From Bdellovibrio sp. ZAP7 (GTDB lineage Bacteria > Bdellovibrionota > UBA1018), in assembly GCA_945865865.1 (NCBI GenBank), contig CAMBEX010000002.1, positions 1-36,606 on the forward strand: 36,606 nucleotides of DNA, given 5' to 3'. A program made the translations under genes and the position numbers. The notes under the pieces are model-generated. The model was not told where the DNA came from. It saw nothing but the letters and a program-made list of their open reading frames with translations, and ran no database searches. Below, in pieces: positions 6,494 to 15,628 of the stretch; position 1 is the first letter of the stretch, and each line of letters starts with the position of its first letter.

Positions 6494-7549
6494 CTAAAAC
6501 AAAGTTTCTTGAGCCGTCTTTCCAGGGAAACTTACGCCCAGATGTTCAAAAGCCGTTCGGGTAGCCACCCTACCGCGGGGCGTACGCTGAAGCAGTCCCT
6601 CTTGAATCAAAAATGGCTCGTAAACGTCCTCGAGCGTATCCCGCTCTTCGCCGAGAGCTGAAGACAGCGTCTCGATACCCACCGGCCCGCCATCGAATTT
6701 TTCGATGATCGTCGAAAGGAGTTTTCGATCCATCAAATCCAGTCCGCGTGAATCCACCTCAAAAAGTGCCAGCGCCGCCTGAGCGATTTCACGATCAATA
6801 CGTGGAGACTGAGTCCGGACCTGCGCAAAATCCCTCACGCGCTTGAGAAGTCGATTTGCGATTCGAGGAGTGCCGCGTGAACGTTTTGCGATTTCATTGG
6901 CGCCACTGATATCAATGGGAGTGCCGAGGAGCTTTGCTGAGCGATGCACAATCTGCTCAAGCTCACTTTCTGGATAAAAATCGAGCCGCATCTGCACGCC
7001 AAAGCGATCGCGAAGCGGTGATGACAAAAGGCCCGTACGCGTTGTCGCTCCGACGAGCGTGAACTTAGGCAAATCGATCTTCAGAGTTCGCGCAGCAGGC
7101 CCCTGACCAATAATCAGGTCCAGCTTGTAATCTTCCATTGCGCCATAGAGAACTTCTTCAATCGTTTTCTGCAGGCGATGAATCTCGTCAATGAAAAGCA
7201 CGTCGCGCGGCTGAAGATTGGTTAAAATAGCTGCAAGATCACCCTTTTTTTCGACATTAGGGCCGGTCACCGTATGGATCTGGCTGCCCATTTCGTGCGC
7301 GATAATATGCGCAAGCGTCGTTTTGCCTAGGCCCGGAGGTCCCGCAAGCAAGACATGATCAAGGGCATCGCCGCGCTGGCGCGCAGCTTCCATAAAAAGC
7401 GTGAGGTTTTCTTTGACCTTCGTTTGGCCAATATACTCTTCTAAAAAAGAAGGCCTGAGCCCTTTATCAGCCTCACCTTCAGCGCCGAGGCCACTGTCTT
7501 GGTTTGCACTCACTAATCGCTGGGTATCGGAACTTTCGGACTGATTCAC
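6494..7549 (-). CDS. ruvB: Holliday junction branch-migration helicase RuvB.
   Basis: The product contains Walker [16 protein letters not shown], Walker [10 protein letters not shown] and the RuvB C-terminal winged helix. It starts at GTG, preceded by GGGAG. Confidence 0.97.
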   Translation of the reverse strand: MNQSESSDTQRLVSANQDSGLGAEGEADKGLRPSFLEEYIGQTKVKENLTLFMEAARQRGDALDHVLLAGPPGLGKTTLAHIIAHEMGSQIHTVTGPNVEKKGDLAAILTNLQPRDVLFIDEIHRLQKTIEEVLYGAMEDYKLDLIIGQGPAARTLKIDLPKFTLVGATTRTGLLSSPLRDRFGVQMRLDFYPESELEQIVHRSAKLLGTPIDISGANEIAKRSRGTPRIANRLLKRVRDFAQVRTQSPRIDREIAQAALALFEVDSRGLDLMDRKLLSTIIEKFDGGPVGIETLSSALGEERDTLEDVYEPFLIQEGLLQRTPRGRVATRTAFEHLGVSFPGKTAQETLF

Positions 7550-7580
7550 CTCAGGCTCCCTTCGAAAATTTTTCTTTGAG

Positions 7581-8237
7581 CTAGCGCAATTGCTGGAGTG
7601 CCGCGCGAATCAAATCTTCGGCACGAGTCACTCCCGGGGTTTTTTCGGTCGCCTTTTTCAAAATCGTGGTCACATCGGGCTCTCGATAGCCTAGCCCGAG
7701 CAGCGCGGACTTGGCGTCTTGAATCGCAGAACTCTCTTCGGCTGCAACCCCGAGCAACGACTTCGCGCCTGCCGACGTGCCAGCTCCCGATGCCAAAAAT
7801 GCGGAAAACACCCCGGCTTCAGCCTTTTTCTTCATCGAAGTTTCGAGCTCGAGTACCACGCGCTCCGCAGTTTTCTTGCCGATCCCCGGGACCTGGACCA
7901 AAGCTTCTTTATCCGCCTGCAAAATCGCGTTTAAAAGTTGCGAAGGAGTGACGCGAGACAGGATCCCCATGGCCCCCTTAGGTCCGATTCCGTTGACGCT
8001 AAGAAGAGACAAGAAAATTTCTTTCTCCGCGCGAGAGGAGAAACCGTATAGATCGAGCGCGTCCTCGCGCACATGCGTATAAATAAACGCTTCAACGGTT
8101 TTTCCCTGAGTCCACGCCCCATATTCGGCGCTCTGGGGCACCGTGACTTGGTAGCCCACTCCCGAGCCTGTACCCGCCATTAGAAGTACGCGACCGTCCG
8201 CGTGCTCCAAGACCTCGCCCTTCAGATATCCGATCAT
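7581..8237 (-). CDS. ruvA: Holliday junction DNA-binding protein RuvA.
   Basis: MIGYLKGEV...[16 protein letters not shown]...[16 protein letters not shown] shows the HhH motifs typical of RuvA. Confidence 0.95.
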   Translation of the reverse strand: MIGYLKGEVLEHADGRVLLMAGTGSGVGYQVTVPQSAEYGAWTQGKTVEAFIYTHVREDALDLYGFSSRAEKEIFLSLLSVNGIGPKGAMGILSRVTPSQLLNAILQADKEALVQVPGIGKKTAERVVLELETSMKKKAEAGVFSAFLASGAGTSAGAKSLLGVAAEESSAIQDAKSALLGLGYREPDVTTILKKATEKTPGVTRAEDLIRAALQQLR

Positions 8238-8249
8238 GATTCGACCTAA

Positions 8250-8942
8250 TCAGGTTTTTTCAGGGATGTCCACGCGACGTTTGGGCCGCGGAGCGGGGGC
8301 TTGAGCCGCCGAAATTCCGACAGATTCAGCGAGAGAGAGCCTTTTTTTCGAGCGTCTTCCGCGAGACCATTCTTGCAGCGCAAAAGCCGCATTCGAAGAT
8401 TTCTCAACGTCGCCCTCACGTACGGAAGCACGCGCCATTCCGCGTGGAATTCTCTGGGCATGGCAGATCGCAAGTGCAAGTGCATCAGAGGCATCTGGCG
8501 TATCAAATTTTTGTTTTCCGATGATGATCTCCACCATTCGGGCGACTTGTTCTTTGTCAGCGCCGCCGTGGCCCACCACCGCACTCTTAACCTCCGTGGG
8601 GCTGTACTCGACAATCTCCAGAGAATTCAGCGCACCACATACCACCACCACCCCGCGAGCCTGACCGAGCTTCAGAGCTGAAAGTGCGTTCTTGGCGAAA
8701 AAAATTTTCTCGACCACTAAGACGTTGGGATTGGTTTGTTGAATCACTTCAGTAAGCCCCTGAAAAAGGGAAAGCAGTCGGTCCTCAAGCGACACGGTCT
8801 GTTTGCCGCTCGTTCCGGCCAACCGCAGCGTGCCATGAGCCACGGCCGAAATTTTTCCGCCTGCCACACTCACGCACCCATAACCCGTGAGCCGAGACCC
8901 GGGATCGATACCCAAAATCTTAATAGGAGCTGAGGTGCTCAT
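8250..8942 (-). CDS. ruvC: Crossover junction endodeoxyribonuclease RuvC, with an extended basic C-terminal tail.
   Basis: KILGIDPGSRLTGYGCV...VVEKIFFAKN...DASDALALAICHA is the RuvC catalytic core. About 70 aa follow the CHA motif. Confidence 0.93.
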   Translation of the reverse strand: MSTSAPIKILGIDPGSRLTGYGCVSVAGGKISAVAHGTLRLAGTSGKQTVSLEDRLLSLFQGLTEVIQQTNPNVLVVEKIFFAKNALSALKLGQARGVVVVCGALNSLEIVEYSPTEVKSAVVGHGGADKEQVARMVEIIIGKQKFDTPDASDALALAICHAQRIPRGMARASVREGDVEKSSNAAFALQEWSRGRRSKKRLSLAESVGISAAQAPAPRPKRRVDIPEKT

Positions 8943-8961
8943 GGACCTAGCTTAAGCCCAA

Positions 8962-10107
8962 TCAACCCAACGCGCGATCGTAAATTCGATAGACCTTGGT
9001 TCTTTCACCACACATCATCTCGAGCGCGCGATTCATGGCGCGATTGTCCTCAAGAATCCACGAGGCCTCGCCGACTGGATAACCGCACTCGGGACCGCGT
9101 TTTAGATATTCCGTGTAGAAAAGCGGTCCTAGCGCGAAATGTCGGTATTCTTTTTTGATTCCCAGAGTGACGACTCTGCAGCGATTGATCGTTTTCCGGC
9201 GGCCCGGCCCCTTGAGATACCAAAGCATTTTCAGGAGACCTGTCGGAAAAAGCTTTCCATCCCGAACCTTGATCACGGCCTGATTGATATCAGGAAGCGC
9301 GAGCGAAAAGGCCGCAGGAACCCCTCTCACTTCCGCGATCAGCAAAAGTCGTGGATCAAAAATCGCTTTCATCTCTTTCGCCATGAGCTTGAACTCTTCG
9401 GGCTCCATCGGGACAAAGCCCCAGTTTTCTTCCCATGCGTCGTTGTAGATTTCGTGCAAAATCTCGATGTCACGATCGAAATTTTTAGTGTCTAGGGATC
9501 GAACGATAATACTCGAGTTATCCTTGAGTCTCTCTGACTGCGCCATGAGTCGTTCGGCAAAACGGCTGTTTCGCGTCACGCTGTAGGCAAAAAGATCTTT
9601 GGCCTTCTGCATTCCCCATCCCTCGAGAAGGGTCGGATAAGAAGGCGGATTGTAAGTCATCATCACCGCGGGAGGATCCGAAAACCCTTGCACCAACAAA
9701 CCGCACTCATGATTGGTACTGAGATTGACCGGGCCCCGAAGCGTGGTCATTCCGCGCCCCTTCGCCCACAAAGAAACCTCACCCAGCATGAGCTCGGTCA
9801 CTTTTCCTTCGTTGATGGATTCGAAGAAGCCAAAGAAAGCCGTCTGCTCTTTGTGAAAACGATTGTGATTTTCATCAATGATCCCGACCACTCGGCCGAC
9901 AGCCTGACCGTCTCGCAAAGCCAGGAGTGGGCGCATCACCGCATGCCGAAAAAACGGGTTCTTATTTACATCCAATGCATCGCGGATTTGGAGCTTGAGC
10001 GGTGGCACCCAGCACGAATCACCCCGATAGATCGACCACGGCAAATCGATGAACCGATCCCAGTCCTCTTTACTTCTGACGGGTTTGATTTGTATCGGAC
10101 TCATCAC
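8962..10107 (-). CDS. GNAT-like acyltransferase-fold protein (381 aa, uncharacterised family). Candidate N-acyltransferase partner of the adjacent SPT-like enzyme.
   Basis: The start overlaps the stop of the upstream alpha-oxoamine synthase (ATGA at 10104-10107). The pattern WDRFIDLPWSIYRGDSCWVPPL...NPFFRHA...GRVVGIIDENHN...AFFGFFES...LRGPVNLSTNHECGLLVQGF matches a widespread family usually annotated as N-acetyltransferase. This assignment is from memory, not from a search. Confidence 0.7.
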   Translation of the reverse strand: MMSPIQIKPVRSKEDWDRFIDLPWSIYRGDSCWVPPLKLQIRDALDVNKNPFFRHAVMRPLLALRDGQAVGRVVGIIDENHNRFHKEQTAFFGFFESINEGKVTELMLGEVSLWAKGRGMTTLRGPVNLSTNHECGLLVQGFSDPPAVMMTYNPPSYPTLLEGWGMQKAKDLFAYSVTRNSRFAERLMAQSERLKDNSSIIVRSLDTKNFDRDIEILHEIYNDAWEENWGFVPMEPEEFKLMAKEMKAIFDPRLLLIAEVRGVPAAFSLALPDINQAVIKVRDGKLFPTGLLKMLWYLKGPGRRKTINRCRVVTLGIKKEYRHFALGPLFYTEYLKRGPECGYPVGEASWILEDNRAMNRALEMMCGERTKVYRIYDRALG

Positions 10108-11378
10108 AAACTGGGTTGCGTTGCTGGGTTAACCACTGATTCTGGCGGAACGTCGCGATAAACGGTCGTGCCTCGACTCGGCTGAATGATCCCGAACTCA
10201 CGACCTAACTTTTCCAACACCTCGAGCACGTAATCGAGATCGGCATCGGTATGCGAGGCCATGTAGCTTGTACGAATGAGCGCGGACCCGTCTGGGACCG
10301 CGGGCTTCACGACAGGAGTCGCGAAAACACCGTGATCATAGAGCTTTTGAGTAAAACCAAACGCCTTCATGTCGTCGCCAATAAGGAGAGGGATGATGGG
10401 CGTCTCGGATGCCAAAGTGTTGTAGCCTAGCCGGGTCAATTCACGCTTCATTTTGCGAGTGTTTTTCCAGAGCCGAGCCAGATGCTCGGGCTCCTCCTGC
10501 ACGATCTTAACGCACTCAAGAACAGCGCCTACCGATGCGGGAGGCATCGCGGCGCTGAACATAAAGGTTCGCGCCTTGTGCTTAACGTAATGAATCACTT
10601 CTTGGCTCCCAGCGATAAAACCACCGATGGAGGCAAAGGATTTCGAAAACGTTCCCATCAATAAATCTGCGGCGTCTGGATTTCCAAAATAGTGCCCCGT
10701 GCCCTGTCCCTCTGGACCTAGAACCCCCAGCGCATGGGCGTCATCCACATAGAGGCGGCAATTGTAGCGCTTGGCCAGCTCTGCATACTTCGGAAGATTC
10801 AGGATTTCTCCGGACATCGAAAATACGCCGTCGGCCACGATCAGCGCGCCGTCGTACTCCTCTCGTGAGTTCTTCAAGATGCGCTCAAGGTCCGCTGGGC
10901 TATTGTGGAGAAACTTGATCGTGTCACCTGTGGCCAGCCTCTGGCCCTCGACGATCGAGGCGTGATTTTCGCGGTCGCTGTAAATCACATCATTTCGATC
11001 CACGAGGCATGAGAGCGTGCCCGCATTAGAAAGAAAGCCCGTCGCAAATACGAGCACGGCTTCTCTTCCAAGGAATTCTGCCAGCTTTTGCTCGAGCTCT
11101 TCGTGGATAGTGAGATTGCCGTTGAGAAAGCGGGACCCGGTGCAGCCGGTACCAAAGCGGTCCACCGCGCGTTTAGCGGCCTCTTGAACTCGAGGGTGAT
11201 GAGTGAGCCCTAGGTAGTTATTAGAACCGATCATGACCCGTTTGCGGCCGTGCGTCACGACCTGTGCGCCGGTGGTCGCCTCAATGGGCCTGAAAAACGG
11301 ATAAACGCCTGCGGCCTGAACCCGTTTGGCATCCTGGAAACTGCGGCACTTGTCAAAAAGGTCTTTCGAATTCGACAT
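10104..11378 (-). CDS. PLP-dependent alpha-oxoamine synthase, serine palmitoyltransferase-like.
   Basis: MSNSKDLFDKC...MIGSNNYLGLTHHPRV...DDAHALGVLGPEGQGTGHYFG...GTFSKSFASIGGF. The GTFSKS lysine motif is the one seen in bacterial SPTs, whereas KBL and BioF have GTL[GS]KA. I picked the start at ATG 11378, with AAGGGG upstream, rather than the TTG at 11411. Confidence 0.9.
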   Translation of the reverse strand: MSNSKDLFDKCRSFQDAKRVQAAGVYPFFRPIEATTGAQVVTHGRKRVMIGSNNYLGLTHHPRVQEAAKRAVDRFGTGCTGSRFLNGNLTIHEELEQKLAEFLGREAVLVFATGFLSNAGTLSCLVDRNDVIYSDRENHASIVEGQRLATGDTIKFLHNSPADLERILKNSREEYDGALIVADGVFSMSGEILNLPKYAELAKRYNCRLYVDDAHALGVLGPEGQGTGHYFGNPDAADLLMGTFSKSFASIGGFIAGSQEVIHYVKHKARTFMFSAAMPPASVGAVLECVKIVQEEPEHLARLWKNTRKMKRELTRLGYNTLASETPIIPLLIGDDMKAFGFTQKLYDHGVFATPVVKPAVPDGSALIRTSYMASHTDADLDYVLEVLEKLGREFGIIQPSRGTTVYRDVPPESVVNPATQPSL

Positions 11379-11539
11379 CTGGTGCTTATTCCCCTTACAA
11401 AATCGGGCCAAGACCTAACACCGGTCGGTCGCTCGGTCAATGCGCTAGACTAAATAGCTGATTTGTTTAGTCAATTAAGTTCTGGGCGGTACGCAGCAGA
11501 AATTACTCAAGTTCCTGTAAATATTTCCGATAAGTAGGT

Positions 11540-12010
11540 TTGAAGCGAAGAGTCTTACGCACCTTGTTTTGGGCGCAAAACAAGGACTCGCTGCGGCTCA
11601 ATCGCATACTCGGCGGAAAGAAGTTCCGCTTGTTTGCCAGAATTACGGCAGCCATTAGCCAGTTCATTCCGCCGATTTCAAGCGCGCGGACGGACACCGA
11701 AAAAGACCCCACACCCCAGGGATACCAGCACCAGGGCTCTCAGCAAGAAGCCGCGCCCGATAACGTTGTTCCCATCAGGGCTGCCACCGAAAGTGCGGCT
11801 GATGCCGCCAACAAAGAACTCCGAATAGCGGCACAACCTGGAATCCAAGCGTCACTCACGGCGACACTCATGCAGGCGTTCACTCTCTTTCGGGAAAATC
11901 GCGCAGACTTTTTGCGATGGCTGGGAATCAAAAGCTACCAAAAGGCGGCAAATAGACAGGGAACTCACCGCCTACGAAAGGGCGCGATCTTTGACACCAA
12001 GGCTGGCTAG
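11540..12010 (+). CDS. Hypothetical protein. The call is weak and the start is uncertain.
   Basis: This is the longest ORF in an otherwise unassigned 605-bp gap. Codon choice looks similar to its neighbours. It has no recognisable domain and only non-ATG starts (TTG 11540, or TTG 11630 preceded by GGAAAGAAG). Confidence 0.3.
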   Translation: MKRRVLRTLFWAQNKDSLRLNRILGGKKFRLFARITAAISQFIPPISSARTDTEKDPTPQGYQHQGSQQEAAPDNVVPIRAATESAADAANKELRIAAQPGIQASLTATLMQAFTLFRENRADFLRWLGIKSYQKAANRQGTHRLRKGAIFDTKAG

Positions 12011-12016
12011 GCAACC

Positions 12017-13273
12017 TCAAGAAATTCGTTCGATGTCCGCTCCGAGCGCACGAAGTTTTTCTTCCATTCGCTCGTATCCTCGGTCGAGGTGGTAAATCCG
12101 ATTGACCACCGTCTCTCCCTCCGCGCAAAGAGCGCCAATGATCAAACTCGCGCTAGCCCGAAGGTCCGTCGCCATGAGAGGCGCGCCCAGAAGCTTTTCT
12201 TGTCCGCGAATCATCGCACTTTTTCCGTGAATGGAGATGTCGGCACCCAAGCGTACGAGTTCGGGCACATGCATGAATCGATTTTCAAAAACAGTCTCGG
12301 TCACTACTGACGCGCCGTCCGCGACTGCCATGACCGCCATGAACTGAGCCTGCATGTCTGTTGGAAATCCCGGAAACGGAAGCGTGGTGATGTCGGTTCC
12401 GCGCGGACGGCCTTTGGACACGAGTTCGATTGCATCCGAAAAACGCCTGATCTCTGCGCCCGCGTCCTCGAATTTGACGAGAACGGATTCAAGAAATTCA
12501 GAATCCAAACCCTCTACCCTGACCGAGCCTCGCGTCGCAAACGCTGCAGCCAGAAAAGTTCCCGCCTCGATGCGGTCGCCGATTACGGAGTAATCACAAC
12601 CCTGGAGCGATTTTTTTCCCTGAATATGAATGGTCGCACTTCCCTCACCAGAAATTTCCGCACCCATCGCGCGAAGCGCGCGCGCGAGGTCCACGATCTC
12701 AGGCTCCTGCGCACAGTTTTCCAATATCGATTCGCCTTCCGCTAAAACTGCCGCCATCATCACGTTTTCGGTGGCGCCCACACTCGGAAACTCAAACGCG
12801 ACACGCGCGCCACGCAGTCTTTTTGCCTTGGCAATCACGTAGCCCTGGTCGAGCTCAATCTCGGCGCCGAGCTTTTCAAGTCCGGTCAGATGAAAATTGA
12901 TCGGGCGCGCGCCAATGGCACAACCTCCCGGAAGACTCACTTTTGCCCGTCCAAATCGCGCAAGCAAAGGTCCGAGGACTACCACGGAGGCTCGCATGGT
13001 GCGGACCAGATCGTACGGCGCTTCTTGCGATGTCACCTTCGATGCATCCAGCTCGACTTCGTTTTTTCCGAGGTCATTTTTTACGACCACACCCATGTGC
13101 TCCAAAAGCTTGAAGGTCGTTCGCACGTCCATCAAATTGGGAACACGGCGAAATCGACAAGGCGTCTCCGCGAGGAGCGAAGAAATGAGGATCGGAAGGG
13201 CCGCATTTTTTGAGCCACTTGCCTGAACCGTTCCGTGAAGCGCTTTTCCGCCTCGAATTCTCATTTTATCCAT
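12017..13273 (-). CDS. murA: UDP-N-acetylglucosamine 1-carboxyvinyltransferase.
   Basis: MDKMRIRGGKALHGTVQASGSKNAALPIL...PGGCAIGARPINFH is canonical MurA. The start is set at ATG 13273, with AAGGAA 8 nt upstream. It overlaps the prmC stop by 8 nt. Confidence 0.95.
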   Translation of the reverse strand: MDKMRIRGGKALHGTVQASGSKNAALPILISSLLAETPCRFRRVPNLMDVRTTFKLLEHMGVVVKNDLGKNEVELDASKVTSQEAPYDLVRTMRASVVVLGPLLARFGRAKVSLPGGCAIGARPINFHLTGLEKLGAEIELDQGYVIAKAKRLRGARVAFEFPSVGATENVMMAAVLAEGESILENCAQEPEIVDLARALRAMGAEISGEGSATIHIQGKKSLQGCDYSVIGDRIEAGTFLAAAFATRGSVRVEGLDSEFLESVLVKFEDAGAEIRRFSDAIELVSKGRPRGTDITTLPFPGFPTDMQAQFMAVMAVADGASVVTETVFENRFMHVPELVRLGADISIHGKSAMIRGQEKLLGAPLMATDLRASASLIIGALCAEGETVVNRIYHLDRGYERMEEKLRALGADIERIS

Positions 13274-14189
13274 GGGGTGATTCCTTGTGAGCCAGCATAA
13301 CACGGTCCCGCCCCGTGAGGTCCTGGAAGATTTCCGTGATCCAGCCTTGATTCACAAAGAGCGCATCGATTTCGATCACCCTTTCAAAGGGAACCTCAAG
13401 AAATACGACCCCACCCGGCTTCAGACACTCCCGCGAATGAACGGCAATCTCTCGGTAAAAAAACAAGGGGTCACCCTTCGGCGCAAAAAGCGCCTCGGAA
13501 GGCTCATGTTGACTGACCTCAAACTCCGCCTCGTGACTCAAAAGATAAGGGGGATTACTGATCAAGAAGTCCGCTTTTTTTTCCGTAAAGAGCGCCGGAA
13601 TCACTTGGCTCGCGGAAGTCCGAACCGTCTTTAGTCGCTGGGCACCGGGACCTAAAATCTTTTCCGCATTTTTACCGGCCCAACTCGCTGCCCGTTCGCT
13701 GACTTCTGTGGCCAACATTTTTAGGCCCGAAAATCGCGACAGAAGCTCAATTGAAATCGCACCGCTTCCAAGCCCCACCTCAAGGCCGAATAGTTCATCG
13801 GCGTGGGACTCCGTCGTACTAGAAAACTTTTTATCTAAGTTCTCCGACGCAAGCGCGACCAGGACCTCGGTCTCTGGGCGCGGGACCAGAACGCCGGGTC
13901 CCACCTGATAGGCGTGATCCAAAAAAACCTGCCAGCCCGTCACATACTGCAATAATTCGCCGGCAGCCCGTCGCGTAGCGTACTGCTCACAAACGCGCTG
14001 CGCATCCGCAGTCAAAAAGCGATGGGCATCAAGATACAAGTCAGAGCGCGACACATCACTCCCGCCAGCAGCGACTATCGCCGCTTGAACAATTTGTTCA
14101 GCCTCAGGAGTGATCAAATTTTTTGAAACCAAATCAGCACGGGTAGCAAGAATTTCCGAAACCCGCTTGAGTGCCTGCGCGATAGTCAT
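13266..14189 (-). CDS. prmC: Release-factor glutamine N5-methyltransferase PrmC/HemK.
   Basis: The product has SAM-binding GLEVGLGSGAIS and the catalytic NPPY (ISNPPYL). An ATGA overlap with prfA lies at 14186-14189. Confidence 0.93.
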   Translation of the reverse strand: MTIAQALKRVSEILATRADLVSKNLITPEAEQIVQAAIVAAGGSDVSRSDLYLDAHRFLTADAQRVCEQYATRRAAGELLQYVTGWQVFLDHAYQVGPGVLVPRPETEVLVALASENLDKKFSSTTESHADELFGLEVGLGSGAISIELLSRFSGLKMLATEVSERAASWAGKNAEKILGPGAQRLKTVRTSASQVIPALFTEKKADFLISNPPYLLSHEAEFEVSQHEPSEALFAPKGDPLFFYREIAVHSRECLKPGGVVFLEVPFERVIEIDALFVNQGWITEIFQDLTGRDRVMLAHKESPHG

Positions 14190-15280
14190 GAAGAATTGGT
14201 CGTGGGGCCCGGGCCCATCCCCTGTTCTTTAAGCGCCAGCATTTGGAAGTGCGCCTGAAGCCCATTGATGATCTCGTCGACTTTTCCTTCCATGACTTCA
14301 GGCAGCTGATAAAGCGTGAGCCCAATACGGTGATCCGTGAGTCGTCCCTGGGGAAAATTATAAGTGCGAATGCGCTCACTTCGGTCGCCGGTTCCGACCA
14401 TGCTTTTGCGAGCATCCGAGTGCTCTTTTGCTGCTTTTTCTCGCTCCGATTCCAAAAGTCTTGAGCGAAGGATCTTCATCGCCTTGTCTTTATTTTTGAG
14501 CTGCGAGCGCTCGTCTTGGCAAACCACCACGAGTCCCGATGGATTATGCGTGATGCGAACGGCCGAGTCCGTGGTGTTGACGCCCTGGCCCCCCGCTCCG
14601 CCAGAACGATAGACGTCGATTCGTAGATCGATGGGATTGATCGTGACGTCGACTTCTTCTGCCTCCGGCAATACCGCTACGGTCACGGTGGAAGTATGAA
14701 TCCGTCCCTGTGCTTCGGTAGCCGGGACTCGCTGAACGCGATGCACGCCGCCCTCCCATTTGAGTCGACTAAAAACGCGGTCACCCTCGATCAGCGCGAT
14801 GATTTCTCTAAAGCCGCCGATCCCCGTAGGATTCGCAGACAACACGTCCACGCGCCAACCCTGACGTTCGGCAAATCTCTGGTAAAGCCTGAAGAGTTCG
14901 CTCACAAAAAGCGCAGCCTCTTCGCCGCCAGCGCCTGCACGAATTTCAAACATCACGTTTTTAGCGTCATTAGGGTCCTGAGGCAGCAGCAAAATCTGTA
15001 AACTCTTGACCGAAGCCTCAAGCTCTGGCTCGAGCCGCTTAAGCTCGTCGTGCGCGAGCTCAAAAAAGTCCGCGTCGCCGTCAGCAATCAGCTCTTTGTT
15101 GGAAAGAATTTCTTTTTTGATGAGTTTGTGGCGCTGAAACTCCGCGACCAAATCTTGAAGACTTGCGTGCTCGCGAGAAAGCCTTCGAAACTCCGCGGGC
15201 TTGGCTGCAAGATCCGGATCGGCTAATCGACTTTCAATTTCGTGAAAATGGGCCTCTACGGCCTCCAGCTTATCAAACAT
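14186..15280 (-). CDS. prfA: Peptide chain release factor 1.
   Basis: The product carries the PxT-type domain and the GGQ motif (RSGGAGGQGVNTTDSAVRITH). It is 364 aa. Confidence 0.97.
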   Translation of the reverse strand: MFDKLEAVEAHFHEIESRLADPDLAAKPAEFRRLSREHASLQDLVAEFQRHKLIKKEILSNKELIADGDADFFELAHDELKRLEPELEASVKSLQILLLPQDPNDAKNVMFEIRAGAGGEEAALFVSELFRLYQRFAERQGWRVDVLSANPTGIGGFREIIALIEGDRVFSRLKWEGGVHRVQRVPATEAQGRIHTSTVTVAVLPEAEEVDVTINPIDLRIDVYRSGGAGGQGVNTTDSAVRITHNPSGLVVVCQDERSQLKNKDKAMKILRSRLLESEREKAAKEHSDARKSMVGTGDRSERIRTYNFPQGRLTDHRIGLTLYQLPEVMEGKVDEIINGLQAHFQMLALKEQGMGPGPTTNSS

Positions 15281-15313
15281 GAATCAACGATCCTCAGAAC
15301 TGAGTCAGAACGA

Positions 15314-15347
15314 CAAAAAGCGATCACCGCAAACTGCAGCGATCGCT
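15314..15347 (-). terminator. Rho-independent terminator downstream of rpmE.
   Basis: On the minus strand it reads AGCGATC-loop-GATCGCT followed by TTTTTG. On the plus strand the stems are at 15319-15325 and 15341-15347. Confidence 0.55.
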
Positions 15348-15378
15348 CCGTCAAATTCTTTTAGAAAAGATCTCTCGA

Positions 15379-15579
15379 TTACTTTTTCTTGTATTTATTC
15401 AAGAAACGATCGATGCGGCCTTCGGTGTCCATGACCTTGTGCTTGCCGGTATAGATCGGGTGACACTGAGAGCAGATTTCGATTTTAATCGCGCCCATGG
15501 TGGTGCGGGTCTCGATGACACTTCCGCAAGCACAGGACACAGTCGTTTCAGTATATTGAGGGTGAATACCTTGTTTCAT
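15379..15579 (-). CDS. rpmE: 50S ribosomal protein L31 (Zn-binding type).
   Basis: MKQGIHPQYTETTVSCACGS...CSQCHPIYTGK carries the CxC...CxxC motif. The longer TTG-initiated ORF (to 15618) was trimmed to the conserved MK..IHP start. Confidence 0.93.
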   Translation of the reverse strand: MKQGIHPQYTETTVSCACGSVIETRTTMGAIKIEICSQCHPIYTGKHKVMDTEGRIDRFLNKYKKK

Positions 15580-15628
15580 AAGTTTGTCTCGGTTACCAAA
15601 ATTCGGATTTTCGGTCAATTTCTCGTTT

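Noticed and set aside
6233-6661. Small ORFs (6233..6460 minus, 6368..6661 plus) in the lpxC-ruvB spacer.
   Set aside because: They overlap the ruvB 3' end or the lpxC start. They have no motifs or ribosome-binding sites. The region is more plausibly the lpxC promoter and leader.
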